Assembly (NCBI GenBank): GCA_963789395.1
Contig: CAWBKP010000014.1
Coordinates: 390,816-454,815 of the forward strand
DNA from: an uncultured delta proteobacterium
GTDB taxonomy: Bacteria; Desulfobacterota; Desulfobacteria; Desulfobacterales; Desulfatirhabdiaceae
DNA: 64,000 nucleotides
Reading direction: 5' to 3'
This document shows positions 1 to 15,345 of this stretch, one piece after another (the first letter of the stretch is position 1; each line of letters opens with the position of its first letter). The notes beneath the pieces were generated by a model. It had not been told where the DNA came from. It searched no databases and worked only from the letters and a program-made list of their open reading frames with translations. Both the position numbers and the translations under genes were made by a program.

Positions 1-869
1 AATTCCGGAATATCATTGAACAGCACGAGCTTTTCCCGGGGGGTGCTTTCGCCGGGGTTGGCCCAGGCATAGACGATTTTCCCGTTCTTGCGCCGGCAGA
101 TTTCTTCAAAATACCGACGGCCGTTGGCGTCCGTTACATTCAGAAAATTCTTGCCCTTCAACGCAGGATGAATGATCAGGGTGCCCCGGGTGTCCATAAC
201 GAATGAATAGCCGGTTTTTCCAAAGCGCAGGGAAAGAATGCTGTCCTCGAAATCATCGACATTCACCAGTTCATTGAATTCGCTGCGGTAGGAGGACACG
301 GAAATGATCCAGTCCCAGGGCTCAAAATATGTCATATACAGGGCTTTGGGCCGCCGTTCCGGCTCTTCCGGGTTTTTCCAGTCATATTCCAGATACCCGT
401 TTTTGCGATGCATTTGATCCACGATAAAGGCATGCTTGGACAAATCCTCACCGAGCAATCCTTTCTTGGGGTGAATCACGATGACCCCGTCGCTGTTGAC
501 GCAGTAGATGTACCCGGTCTTTCCGATGGTCTGGCTCAGCAGGACTTCCTGGGCTCTGGATTTCGCCGTGGCTTCATCAAGGATTCCCCGCAGGTACTGG
601 TCGTAAAAATAGGCCGTCACCTCGCGGTTTTTCTCCGCCACAGCCCTCAAGTGGTTTTTAATGGAGACATCCGCGGCTGTCTTGACCATGTTGAGGATGG
701 TGGTGGTCGAGTTCTTCAGTTCGCTTTCAATGTTTTTTTCAAGGGTTTTTCGGACAAACGCGTGGATGATGAGGCTGACAAGCGCCAGGGAAAAAACAAA
801 CACCGCCGAATAGATGATGAGCAGTTTGAATCGGATTCGAAGATCATTGAATCGGCCTAATACCCTCAT
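1..869 (-). CDS. Cache-domain sensor protein (histidine kinase or chemoreceptor type), 5' part; runs off the window
   Basis: Manual translation from ATG 869: MRVLGRFNDLRIRFKLLIIYSAVFVFSLAL (TM), then two Cache-like repeats (GKTGYIYCVNSDGVIVIHP..GYLEYDWKNP..FEPWDWII; GKTGYSFVMDTRGTLIIHP..YAWANPGE). Confidence 0.8.
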   Translation of the reverse strand, partial: MRVLGRFNDLRIRFKLLIIYSAVFVFSLALVSLIIHAFVRKTLEKNIESELKNSTTTILNMVKTAADVSIKNHLRAVAEKNREVTAYFYDQYLRGILDEATAKSRAQEVLLSQTIGKTGYIYCVNSDGVIVIHPKKGLLGEDLSKHAFIVDQMHRKNGYLEYDWKNPEEPERRPKALYMTYFEPWDWIISVSSYRSEFNELVNVDDFEDSILSLRFGKTGYSFVMDTRGTLIIHPALKGKNFLNVTDANGRRYFEEICRRKNGKIVYAWANPGESTPREKLVLFNDIPE

Positions 870-909
870 GGGCGGTTTTTCCGGGGTTTCATGTTCATTT
901 CATGCAAAT

Positions 910-2403
910 TCAGGAAATACGCCGGGTGAAGCGTTCCGGTCCCGAGACGATCGGCCTGCCAACGGCCTTGGCGATGGCCCGGAGCATGCCGCTGAAAATC
1001 ATTTCGTGAAACGGAAGCAGCAGATACCAGTAAAGAATTCCCATCAATCCCCTGGGCATGAACCGGGAAAGGAGCTGAAGCTGCGTCAGGCCATTTGCCT
1101 GAGGGGTCAGCTGAATCTCCAGAATCGCATCGCCAGGGGTTTTCATTTCCGCCAGCAACGTCAATTGGTGGGGTGGATCAATTTCCAGAACCCGCCAGAA
1201 ATCAAGGGCATCGCCGGTATACAGCCGGGATGCGCTGCGTCTTCCCCTGCGAAGCCCCACGCCGCCGGACAGCCGGTCCATCAGACCGCGAACCTGCCAT
1301 AAAAACGAGGCATAATACCATCCGTTTTTTCCGCCGATCCGGCTTATCGGCGCCCAGACCTGATCGATCGATGCCTTCAGGCCGACCCTGAATCCGCACT
1401 GCATGACGGTTCCGCCGGCATACGCCGCATCCCCGCAATAGGCCCACTCCGGAGGCAGCAGCGACCCGGCATCCATCCAGCAGGTATCCATCCGATCCTG
1501 AGTCAGGCGTTCCAGGGCCAGCTGGATGCTCTGCCGGCAGGAGAGAAGCTCCTGCGGAACGATCGTGCGGATCCGGTTTTCACCGCATACCACCGGTGTG
1601 CTGAGTCCCTGGGCCAGGGGGACGGCAATGGACGACGGCACCGGCGTGACCAGGTGGATCCAGTAAGCGCTCAGGCTCGGTGTAAAAAAAGGAACCGGAA
1701 TCACCCAGCGCTTGGGAAGCCCGGCCGCCTCGGTATAAATATCCATGATCTGCCGGTAGTTCAGCACTTCGGGCCCGCCGATGTCATAAACCTGCCCGCT
1801 GGTTTCAGGATGATCGAGGCATCCGGTCAGGTAATTCAGGACATTTCGAATGGCAATGGGCTGGCAGGGAGTGAATACCCAGCTGGGGGTGATCATGACC
1901 GGAAGACGCTCCACCAGATACCGCAGAATCTCGAACGAAGCGCTTCCTGATCCCAGAATCATGGCCGCGCGAAGGATGGTGCAGGGAACAGTGCCGGATT
2001 GGAGAATCTCGCCCACTTCGTGCCGGGATTGCAGATGCTTGCTCAAGGCAACGCTCTTGCTGTCTCCAAGCCCGCTCAAATAGATGATGCGCTCCAGGCC
2101 GACTTCGGATGCGGCTGCAACCATATTGAGTGCGGATTTCCGGTCTGCTTCGGCAAAATGCCGCTTCTGGGCAACCATGGAATGCACCAGATAATACGCC
2201 GCACCGCACCCGGACGCCGCTTTCTTCAGCGAATCCAGATCCAGCATATCCCCTTGAACCAGTTCCATAAGGGGATGCGCGGACCAGGGACGCGACCGGA
2301 GCTTTGCCAGGGATCTGGCAAATGCTCTGACCCTGTAGCCGGATTCCAGCATCAGGGGAATCAGGCGGCCGCCGACATAACCGGTGGCGCCGGTCACCAG
2401 CAC
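910..2403 (-). CDS. NAD(P)-binding SDR-like oxidoreductase with C-terminal DUF2867 (YbjT-like)
   Basis: VTGATGYVGG Rossmann motif, GSGSASFE, C-terminal GDALDFWRV..LLAEMKTPG; true start may be ~2420 across an indel. Confidence 0.85.
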   Translation of the reverse strand: MLVTGATGYVGGRLIPLMLESGYRVRAFARSLAKLRSRPWSAHPLMELVQGDMLDLDSLKKAASGCGAAYYLVHSMVAQKRHFAEADRKSALNMVAAASEVGLERIIYLSGLGDSKSVALSKHLQSRHEVGEILQSGTVPCTILRAAMILGSGSASFEILRYLVERLPVMITPSWVFTPCQPIAIRNVLNYLTGCLDHPETSGQVYDIGGPEVLNYRQIMDIYTEAAGLPKRWVIPVPFFTPSLSAYWIHLVTPVPSSIAVPLAQGLSTPVVCGENRIRTIVPQELLSCRQSIQLALERLTQDRMDTCWMDAGSLLPPEWAYCGDAAYAGGTVMQCGFRVGLKASIDQVWAPISRIGGKNGWYYASFLWQVRGLMDRLSGGVGLRRGRRSASRLYTGDALDFWRVLEIDPPHQLTLLAEMKTPGDAILEIQLTPQANGLTQLQLLSRFMPRGLMGILYWYLLLPFHEMIFSGMLRAIAKAVGRPIVSGPERFTRRIS

Positions 2404-2552
2404 AGGTTTTTTGAAACCATTCCGCTCTCACTTTTTAAGGGACAAAAAACAATGGCCGGCGGCTTCATATTCTGAAGCCGCCGTGTCTATTGATTATGCC
2501 CTACCCGTGATGCAGGTCAAGCATTTTTTTGAAATCCGGCGCTTCCGATAAA

Positions 2553-2597
2553 TTACATATTTGTAACCACCATGGCTGGATATACGACAATATTGTA
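2553..2597. promoter_or_regulatory. Two TACA-N4-TGTA-type palindromes (putative enhancer sites)
   Basis: TTACA-TATT-TGTAA at 2553-2566 and GACA-ATAT-TGTA at 2586-2597. Confidence 0.55.
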
Positions 2598-2676
2598 TTT
2601 TCAGAAAATCCCATTCAAAACACCAATGTTTTTTAACTATTTGAATTTTAATGTTTATAATTTTATATTTTGGCAA

Positions 2677-2692
2677 TGGCACGCAACTTGCT
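2677..2692 (+). promoter_or_regulatory. sigma54 -24/-12 promoter of glnD-glnB-glnA
   Basis: TGGCAC-GCAAC-TTGCT, exact GG-N10-GC spacing, ~60 bp before glnD. Confidence 0.85.
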
Positions 2693-2751
2693 AATATTTT
2701 TTGTCAAAACAATAACCGATTGTTCAAAATATCTCCAGGTGATTTTGGCCA

Positions 2752-5711
<2,960 letters not shown>

Positions 5712-5759
5712 GGTTAATGTTTAATCATCATCACACATTTATATTGGAGGCTTATTCGC

Positions 5760-7172
5760 ATGAAACCAAGTGACGTATTGGCAATGGCAAAGGAAAAAGG
5801 CGTAAAAATCGTGGATCTGCGGTTTATGGATTTTCCCGGAGTCTGGCAGCATTTCACCGTGCCCCTCAGGGAACTGGAGGAATCCAGTTTTGAAGAAGGA
5901 TTCGGATTTGACGGATCCAGCATACGGGGATGGCAGCCCATCAACGCCAGCGACATGCTGGTGATTCCCGATGCCGCCACCGCTAAAATCGACCCGTTTT
6001 TCGAAGTCCCGACCCTGGTGCTGATCTGCGACATCAAAGATCCGATCACCTTCGAATCCTACACCCGGGATCCCCGCTTCATTGCCCGGAAAGTCGAGAA
6101 TTATCTCAAATCCACCGGCATCGGCGATACCGTTTATATCGGGCCGGAAGCCGAGTTTTTCATTTTTGACGACATCCGATTTGAATCCGCGCAGAACCGG
6201 GCTTTTTATGAAATCGACTCCATTGAAGGCGCCTGGAACACCGGCAGAGACGAAGGACCCAATCTTGGCTACAAACCCCGGTACAAGGAAGCCTATTTCC
6301 CGGTTCCCCCCATGGATAAATTTCAGGATCTGAGAACGGAAATGCTTCTGGTGCTCGAAGAACTCGGAATCGATATCGAAGCCCAGCATCACGAAGTGGC
6401 GACAGGAGGTCAGGCCGAAATCGACATGCGGTTCAAGCCCCTTCTGGAGATGGCCGATCAGCTGGTATGGTTTAAATATGTATTGAAGAATGTGGCCAAC
6501 CGGGCCGGCCATACGGTGACCTTCATGCCCAAACCCCTCTTCGGCGACAACGGCAGCGGCATGCACACCCACGTCAGCATCTGGAAAGACGGAAAACCGC
6601 TGTTTGCCGGCGATCAGTATGCCGGGGTTTCTCAGATGGCGCTGTACGCCATCGGCGGCATCCTGAAGCACTGCAAGGCCCTGTGCGCATTCTCCAATCC
6701 CACGACCAATTCCTACAAACGACTGGTTCCGGGCTTTGAAGCACCCGTCAATCTGGCCTATTCCAGCCGGAACCGAAGCGCGGCAATCCGCATTCCCATG
6801 TACTCCTCCTCGCCAAAAGCCAAACGCATCGAATTCCGCACCCCGGATCCGTCCTGCAACGGATACCTGGCGTTTTCCGCAATCTGCATGGCGGTGATTG
6901 ACGGCATTCAGAATAAAATGGATCCGGGTGATCCGCTGGATAAGAACATCTACGATCTGCCGCCCGAAGAAATGGCCAATGTGCCTTCCGCACCGGGGTC
7001 CCTGGAAGAGGCTCTGGCCGCCTTGAAGGCGGATCATGAATTTTTGCTGAAAGGCGATGTATTCACCAAGGATGTCATCGATATGTGGATCGAATACAAA
7101 ACCGATGCCGAAGTCAATCCGGTCAAGCTTCGGCCGCATCCCCATGAATTTTCGCTGTACTACGACATTTAA
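5760..7172 (+). CDS. glnA: Type I glutamine synthetase
   Basis: [42 protein letters not shown], adenylylation motif KNIYDL. Confidence 0.98.
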   Translation: MKPSDVLAMAKEKGVKIVDLRFMDFPGVWQHFTVPLRELEESSFEEGFGFDGSSIRGWQPINASDMLVIPDAATAKIDPFFEVPTLVLICDIKDPITFESYTRDPRFIARKVENYLKSTGIGDTVYIGPEAEFFIFDDIRFESAQNRAFYEIDSIEGAWNTGRDEGPNLGYKPRYKEAYFPVPPMDKFQDLRTEMLLVLEELGIDIEAQHHEVATGGQAEIDMRFKPLLEMADQLVWFKYVLKNVANRAGHTVTFMPKPLFGDNGSGMHTHVSIWKDGKPLFAGDQYAGVSQMALYAIGGILKHCKALCAFSNPTTNSYKRLVPGFEAPVNLAYSSRNRSAAIRIPMYSSSPKAKRIEFRTPDPSCNGYLAFSAICMAVIDGIQNKMDPGDPLDKNIYDLPPEEMANVPSAPGSLEEALAALKADHEFLLKGDVFTKDVIDMWIEYKTDAEVNPVKLRPHPHEFSLYYDI

Positions 7173-7180
7173 TTTTTTCC

Positions 7181-7217
7181 TGTTTTGCCTGAACAGACTT
7201 TCTGTTCAGGCAAAACA
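7181..7217 (+). terminator. Perfect hairpin after glnA
   Basis: TGTTTTGCCTGAACAGA-CTT-TCTGTTCAGGCAAAACA (17-bp arms). Confidence 0.65.
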
Positions 7218-7375
7218 CAGTAACATCCGCTTCCATTTCCAAAGCCCCTCTCTGCAGGGGCTTTGTCCCCCTCTTTTTTGAATCCATTCTTGCAATTCCC
7301 GGCCGACCTGTATAATAATAAAAGGATTGGTCCATCATCGCACCGGCGGCATCAGGCAATGAAAAAGAGATACGG

Positions 7376-7940
7376 ATGGAAGCATATTTAAGAGATTTTG
7401 GATATTTAGCCCTTTTTATCGGCACATTTCTGGAAGGTGAAACCATATTGATCATCGCCGCGTATCTGGCGAGCAAGGGGATGCTGAACATCTATCTGGT
7501 TACGCTGTCGGCGGTAGCCGGAACCGTTCTGGGCGATCAAACCTATTTTTATATCGGCCGGATACAGGGCATCTCGTTTATCCAGAAACGGCCCAAGTTG
7601 AAGAAGAAATGGGTCAGAATCAGCGCGCTGATCGGTAAGACGGGAAAACATCATCATTTTTGTTTACCGGTTTGTTTACGGATTCAGAAATATCACACCG
7701 TTTGCACTGGGCATTTTAAATATCAATGCAATGAAGTTTTTAATTCTGAATGTCATCGCGGCCATGATCTGGGCGATATCCTTCAGTGCCCTGGGATACA
7801 CATTCGGCGCCATGATCAGAAACGACATTGAAACGTATGAAAAAGTATTTGCTCTTGGCGTTTTATTCATTGCCGTATTGGCAGCTTTTATATACTGGCT
7901 GAAAAAGAGAATAAAAAACGAACCGATACTCCCCCTTTAA
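7376..7940 (+). CDS. DedA family membrane protein (one frameshift ~7640)
   Basis: GTFLEGET..GDQTYFYIGR, continuing RFVYGFR..FLILNVIAAMIW in another frame. Confidence 0.85.
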
Positions 7941-8028
7941 GACGATCCGAAAACCCCCCGCGGTGCAATCTTTCCCCGGAATGGCTGAACCGATGACCAA
8001 AACACGAATGATTTTTCTTTCATAACAG

Positions 8029-8724
8029 GTGTCAACTGTGTTTGGAACCCTTGTCAATACCCTGGCCATTGCAGCAGGAAGCCTTCTCGGCCTTGCTTTC
8101 AGAGGCGGAATTCCGCTCCACTACCAGCAGACCGTGATTCAGGCCATCGGTCTGGCCGTTGTTCTGATCGGCATGACCGGCGCACTGAAAACCCAGGATA
8201 TTCTGGTAGTCATTTTCAGCCTGGCCATTGGAAGCCTTGTGGGAGAATGGCTCCGGATCGAAGCACGGCTGAATCAGCTGGGCAGGTGGCTGGAAAAAAA
8301 ATGCGCACAGTCCGAAGGGGGCATCGCCAAGGGATTCGTTACCGCCAGCCTGATTTATTGCGTCGGTTCCATGGCCATTGTGGGCTCCATGGAAAGCGGG
8401 CTGACCGGCAACCATCAGACCTTATTCGCCAAATCCGTCCTGGACGGCATATCCGCCATTATCTTTGCATCCAGCCTTGGCGCCGGCGTACTGTTCTCCG
8501 CGATATCGGTGGGCGTTTATCAGGGAATTCTCACCCTGTCTGCGGTGCTGATGAAACCATACCTGGTTCCGCTGGTTGTGGACCAGATGTCGGCGGTCGG
8601 CGGAATTCTCATCATGGCCATTGGGTTCAACCTGCTTGAAATCAAAAAAATGAATGTCGGCAACATGCTGCCGGCCATCTTCATGCCTCTTGCCTATTAC
8701 ATGATCCAGCAGTTGTTCAGGTAA
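8029..8724 (+). CDS. DUF554 family membrane protein
   Basis: GTLVNTLAIAAGSLLG..FVTASLIYCVGSMAIVG..KSVLDG..NMLPA. Confidence 0.88.
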   Translation: MSTVFGTLVNTLAIAAGSLLGLAFRGGIPLHYQQTVIQAIGLAVVLIGMTGALKTQDILVVIFSLAIGSLVGEWLRIEARLNQLGRWLEKKCAQSEGGIAKGFVTASLIYCVGSMAIVGSMESGLTGNHQTLFAKSVLDGISAIIFASSLGAGVLFSAISVGVYQGILTLSAVLMKPYLVPLVVDQMSAVGGILIMAIGFNLLEIKKMNVGNMLPAIFMPLAYYMIQQLFR

Positions 8725-8772
8725 AAAAAGTCCATACAGTGTGACATTACCGGAACGGAAAGTCATTCAGGC

Positions 8773-8918
8773 AAAATCCGAATATCAAAACAACTGAATT
8801 TTCAGTTGAAACCGCACTGTTTGGGTCATTATGATTTGGGTCATTGTTTCGAATTTCGGATTTCGATATTCGAATTTACAAACTCCGTTCATTGTTTCAA
8901 ATTTGGTGCCTCGAATTT
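8773..8918. repeat. Heptamer-based (AAATCCG/AAATTCG) palindromic intergenic element, copy 1
   Basis: Shares TCAGTTGAA and GGTCATT..GATTT.GGTCATTGTTTCG.ATTTCG..ATTTACA with 26757-26894. Confidence 0.7.
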
Positions 8919-8921
8919 ATA

Positions 8922-11900
8922 TCAGATAGCCGCTTTTCGCTTCCACTTCAGCTCGACTTTCTTCCATGCCCCTCCCCGGCTGAAGCACTGCCAGCCCCAT
9001 TTGAGCCAGGTCAAGAGAGCGAACGCCAGCCACAGGGACCACAGCAGCATCAGCACATGAAACACCCATTCCGGAAGACTGATGACCCGGGGATCCGGCA
9101 TGAAGCCTGCGATTCTGTCCTGGGTCCAGTTCAACACCCGTGGGGTGGAGTTGTTTCCGGCAATCTGCATATCGGGAATTCCCATCAGCCCGTTTTCGAC
9201 CGCCAGGTACAGACCGGACAGCGCCGCCGCGGTCCAGACCGCCAGAAGAAACTGGGTGAAATTATACGTGATCCAGCCGCCGCCGGGCAGGGTGGTGTTT
9301 CGCATACCCAGGGCCAGCAGCCATCCCACGATGATCAGCGCCATCAATGGATGAATCTGGGTCAGGCCCATGGTTAAGAGCAGCCAGTGGTAAGTCTTTA
9401 ACGGGGCAAGCGCGGTTTTCCCCAGGCCGATCGCAATCAGAACGACGATCACAAGATACCCCCAGAAAAGCACGGCCGGACCCAGCCGGGGTCCGGACAC
9501 CCAGAGTATCCAGCGGTTTTCCGGAACCTGAACGGAAACAGATGCATTGACAGCCGGCCCGCCGATCGACACACGGGGCGGGTGATACCACCACTGACCG
9601 GATGTCGGCTGCAGCCATTCCAGCGTAATTTTCTGGGCTCCGGGAACCAGTGGAACCACGACATGCCGGCCTTCCTGGCGGATCGGCTGAGACCGGCCCT
9701 GAATGCCGACTTTCTGAAGGTCGGCTTCCTGCGGCAATTCCAGTTGATGCTGGCCGCCCCTGCTGGTGCGGACTCCGAGCGTCAGCTCCGCACGATCCTG
9801 GCGTTCTCCGGGCGTCCACTTTATAGCGGCGCTGTCCATCGTGACGATCGGACCGGAAACGGCCTTGGGCCGGGTGATGCGGATTTCGATGCTCTCTCCC
9901 GGCCAGGGCCGCCACTCGGGCCGCCATGTTCCCTGAGAATCCTGTTGATGAATCATGGGGATTCCGGAAAAATCGCAATGCCATACGGAACTCGCCGCCA
10001 GAATCCAGGTTTCCGTCCAGGGAACGGCTTCCGGCGCGATCAGACGCAGCGTTTCCGTAGTATCCAGATGAGAAACCAGGGTTATTTCCCCCGTATCCGG
10101 ATCAAAATTGATCATGGCCTTTCCCGGTTCCACATGAATGCCGGCAGTGGTCACCGACTCTCCGGCCAGGAGCGGAATCTGAAGGGAGACAGGGGTACCG
10201 GAAGGGGTCATTCGGGTGATACGGGTTTGAACTTCCCAGTTCAGGCCAAGAAAAAGCGCCCGCTCAACATGAAAAAACGGAGACAGCGCGCTGGGTCCGA
10301 TCGGGGTTCCGGACGGGCCCTGCTTTTCAATCCGTTGCAGCTGGATGCCGCCGGACACCCTGCCGTCCGGATCAATACCCTGAACAGACCAGCCATTGAC
10401 ACCGGCCGTAACCCGGCGGGGTTTGATGGGCAGCGTAATCTGAATGGCATTTATCCGGGCGATTTTCCCGCTGATCACCAGGCGGTGGATGCCTTGCGGA
10501 ACCAGTGCCCATAACTGGCCGGTTGCTTCCCGCATGAGTCCCTTCAACGGCTGCTGATTCAACAAAACGGCGTCCGGGGTCCAGTTTTCCGCACCTGCCG
10601 GCAAGGGAACAGCCGTTTCAATGGCAGCCTGAACATCCACATGCATTCTCAGATCGGTTGCATCCGCTTGAATTTCCATTCGGGGAATATCGGCGCAAAA
10701 CGGAAAACAATCGGGTTTTTTTATCAGCCGGTGCTGAAGTTCTTCAAGAAGCGCTGAGGGCGGATATGCAGCCGGCAAAACTTCAGCCTGAACGTCAGCG
10801 GACACCCCCATTGTTCCCCCAAGAAACAGCAGCAATCCAACCAGGGCTGACTGCCGGGAGCCAATCCTGTTTCGCCAGTAACCGCCAAACGATCTCATAT
10901 CGCAGAGTCCTGCCGTCAATACAGCCAGCAGCAGTATCCGGATAACGGCAAGAAGCAGGTTGGCTCCGGGCGAAATCAGCCAGAGGCGAAAGGTTTGATC
11001 CGTGTCAACAGGCCCGTTCCACCGCAGGGTAAATGCTCGCCATTTCCATGTGGGAAGACCCGGACCGGTTTGAATCAGCGCCTGGGGGTCCTGGTCCGTG
11101 ATCTGGAAAGACGGCTGCTTGGTGCGGACGGCTTCCCTGGTTTTTCCGGAGCCTGCCGGCAGATTGGCATCGGCTTTTTGCAGGAGCTGCTCGCGCATCT
11201 GCTCCGGCTGCGTTGCAGTGGATAAAACATTGAGTGACTGTCCGGCAGGCTGCCGGGACTGGACAGCTGCGATTTGTTCCAGTTGCGGATACAGCCCCTG
11301 GCGGATTTCCTGAATCATGAACGGAATGGCAAGGGTCAGAAGCACGACAACACTGCCGACGCGCCACAGGACAGCAGCCTGCTTCACCCGCCCCTCCGGA
11401 AGCACCCGGACCAGTGCGGTGGCGGCCAGAAGACTCAACCAGACGGTCCGGGGTGCGCCGGGCTCATGGTAGATCAGGGTCAGGGAAACAAGCGCCAGTG
11501 CCCCCCACACAACGGATTTGAGTCGGCTCACGGCCATTGCCGTGACCAGAACCAGAAAAAAATCCAGAAGTGTCCAGCGTTCCACCCAGGAAGACGGCGT
11601 CACATCCACCCCGCCTGCGGCAAAAAGATGCCATCCGGGGGGAAGGTTCAACACGCCGGACGCGTTTTGAAACCCATGATCCCAGCCAGCAACCGGTATT
11701 CGGCGAAGCGGCGCATTGATCCGGGAATCCGCATCCAGCGATAACTGTCCTTGCCGAAGCTCGACACCGGCCTTGCCTTCCTTGCCATGAGCCGTAATGA
11801 GCTGATCGACGCCGTCAACCGCAACCTTTCCCAGGACGCCGGGCGGATTCATGGCCAGATACCACTGACGGCTGAGAGCTCCCGTAATCCTGTCCTTCTG

Positions 11901-13013
11901 GGTAAATCCCATGCCGTCAAAATCCAGCCACCAGGTTCGAAATATCTGCAGCTGGTCCGGCGCCGGGTCACTGTCCCCCCGCCGCAGCACGGTGAAACGG
12001 AGAACGGTCTCCGGGTTGATCCGATAGGCGGGAAACGCTTTCCATGCCGGCGGCACATCGGTCTGGCCCGGATCAATTGCCGGAGCCCCTGAAATAGCCA
12101 CCATCCGCAATTGATTCCGGGATTCAAACGACCAGATTTCCTCGCCGTACGCACATGCGCCTGCCGCTATGCTGTCCATGGGATGTTCGAACCGGGTTTC
12201 AATTTCCAGGAGCCAGTTTCCGGGCCTGGCCTGAATCATCACCTCGCCCTGCGGACCGATTCTTGCCGGCAGGACGGATGTCAGCCGAAGGGGAACAGCG
12301 CCTTTCAACAGCACATCCGTCAGGCGGATTTCTCTTGCCTGCCCGGAAACATCCATACGAAGCTGATTTATGGTCGTCATGGGAATGGTATCTTTAAGGA
12401 GTCTGAAAATCCGTATTTCCAGACGGTTTTCCAGAACCGGACCGGCATCCCTTTTCTGAATCCAGAGCCTTCCGGAGCTGTCGATTACCGGCTGTTCCAC
12501 CGGCTGGCCTTTTACCGTAAGGGTTACAATGGCGGATTCCGGAGGAATCATCAGGGTCTCGGGCAGTTCTTTCCAGGAAAAAGACCCGCTCACCCGGTGT
12601 TCGCCTTTGGAAAGCCGGACAGACGGAACCTGATCCCGCAGCAGGACGGGCGCCTGTTTTCCATCGATATCGACGCTGTCCGGATACATATCCCGGCTTC
12701 CGGGAAGCGCCGCCCAGACATCGCGAAACACCAGCCAGTGCTGTTCAAAATTTCCTGTTTTTTCTTCGATGGCCACATTCAACCGCGAAGACCACCTGCA
12801 CGCGGGCCTGTCCGCATCGTCATAGCGGGCCGGGCAGAATTTTTCCTCCATGCCGTAAAGAACCCAGGGTTTCCAGGCCGAGAGTTCCGGCGGCATCTCG
12901 ACCGGCGGCAAACCGGTTGCCAGAACAGGAAAGGTGATGCAGAGCAGACAACAACAGCATGCAGCCATGTGGAAAATGGCGCTGATCCGGACAGGCCGTT
13001 GAAAAACCGTCAT
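8922..13013 (-). CDS. Large (~1,360 aa) multi-pass membrane protein of unknown function
   Basis: Long uninterrupted ORF; signal-like N-terminus, internally duplicated architecture (PPELSAW.. / PPSALLEEL..CFPFCA), several TM clusters; RBS GAGGAGG before ATG 13013. Confidence 0.8.
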   Translation of the reverse strand: MTVFQRPVRISAIFHMAACCCCLLCITFPVLATGLPPVEMPPELSAWKPWVLYGMEEKFCPARYDDADRPACRWSSRLNVAIEEKTGNFEQHWLVFRDVWAALPGSRDMYPDSVDIDGKQAPVLLRDQVPSVRLSKGEHRVSGSFSWKELPETLMIPPESAIVTLTVKGQPVEQPVIDSSGRLWIQKRDAGPVLENRLEIRIFRLLKDTIPMTTINQLRMDVSGQAREIRLTDVLLKGAVPLRLTSVLPARIGPQGEVMIQARPGNWLLEIETRFEHPMDSIAAGACAYGEEIWSFESRNQLRMVAISGAPAIDPGQTDVPPAWKAFPAYRINPETVLRFTVLRRGDSDPAPDQLQIFRTWWLDFDGMGFTQKDRITGALSRQWYLAMNPPGVLGKVAVDGVDQLITAHGKEGKAGVELRQGQLSLDADSRINAPLRRIPVAGWDHGFQNASGVLNLPPGWHLFAAGGVDVTPSSWVERWTLLDFFLVLVTAMAVSRLKSVVWGALALVSLTLIYHEPGAPRTVWLSLLAATALVRVLPEGRVKQAAVLWRVGSVVVLLTLAIPFMIQEIRQGLYPQLEQIAAVQSRQPAGQSLNVLSTATQPEQMREQLLQKADANLPAGSGKTREAVRTKQPSFQITDQDPQALIQTGPGLPTWKWRAFTLRWNGPVDTDQTFRLWLISPGANLLLAVIRILLLAVLTAGLCDMRSFGGYWRNRIGSRQSALVGLLLFLGGTMGVSADVQAEVLPAAYPPSALLEELQHRLIKKPDCFPFCADIPRMEIQADATDLRMHVDVQAAIETAVPLPAGAENWTPDAVLLNQQPLKGLMREATGQLWALVPQGIHRLVISGKIARINAIQITLPIKPRRVTAGVNGWSVQGIDPDGRVSGGIQLQRIEKQGPSGTPIGPSALSPFFHVERALFLGLNWEVQTRITRMTPSGTPVSLQIPLLAGESVTTAGIHVEPGKAMINFDPDTGEITLVSHLDTTETLRLIAPEAVPWTETWILAASSVWHCDFSGIPMIHQQDSQGTWRPEWRPWPGESIEIRITRPKAVSGPIVTMDSAAIKWTPGERQDRAELTLGVRTSRGGQHQLELPQEADLQKVGIQGRSQPIRQEGRHVVVPLVPGAQKITLEWLQPTSGQWWYHPPRVSIGGPAVNASVSVQVPENRWILWVSGPRLGPAVLFWGYLVIVVLIAIGLGKTALAPLKTYHWLLLTMGLTQIHPLMALIIVGWLLALGMRNTTLPGGGWITYNFTQFLLAVWTAAALSGLYLAVENGLMGIPDMQIAGNNSTPRVLNWTQDRIAGFMPDPRVISLPEWVFHVLMLLWSLWLAFALLTWLKWGWQCFSRGGAWKKVELKWKRKAAI

Positions 13014-13266
13014 GATATGCCTCCTCTCTGGGAAACGGATGCAGGCAATGATGGGTGCGCAGCTCCCCGTCATCGGTTATCAGGATGATGCGGCTGCAAC
13101 AGTTAAGGGCCGGGCGGCACCCGACAGATCTTCAATATAATGAAAAAAAAGAAATGAAAAGCGAAAATATCTCTTGGCGAAAAAACGGCGGGAACAGCGC
13201 GGCGGAATGGAAAAAGCCCTGCAATCGCCGGAATTGACGGCAACTGCAGGGCTTGAGCATGCGGCG

Positions 13267-14993
<1,727 letters not shown>

Positions 14994-15059
14994 TGGTGAT
15001 CTCCTTTGATAATAAATATAAGTTGATGGTGCGGTTCTATTTACAGATGCTACAACCTT

Positions 15060-15075
15060 AGCAATATACATGCCA
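15060..15075 (-). promoter_or_regulatory. sigma54 promoter of amtB-glnK
   Basis: Minus strand TGGCAT-GTATA-TTGCT; TACA-AAAT-TGTA lies upstream at 15144-15155. Confidence 0.8.
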
Positions 15076-15345
15076 GATATTTATATTGAATTATATCAGA
15101 TAATTTTGGATAATGTTATTATGATAGCCCGACACAATAATTATACAAAATTGTAATATTTCTGTGTATAAATGCATATGTGTGTAATTTTGAACAGGCC
15201 TTGATTTTTCAGCCGACCGCCGTTGCCATCCCGCAAGCTTGATTGCATATCTTTGCTTGCTTTTATAACGTGCTCAAATTATGATTCATCATCCATGCAT
15301 CTGCTTTTTGAAACTGAGATTTTTGTGTAAACGTGAGCAAACTCC

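Noticed and set aside
5739..7145. Long antisense ORFs (also 12111-13088, 19359-20495, 28908-30107, 32748-34040, 49855-51165)
   Set aside because: Shadows of well-supported genes on the opposite strand, with no recognisable motifs.
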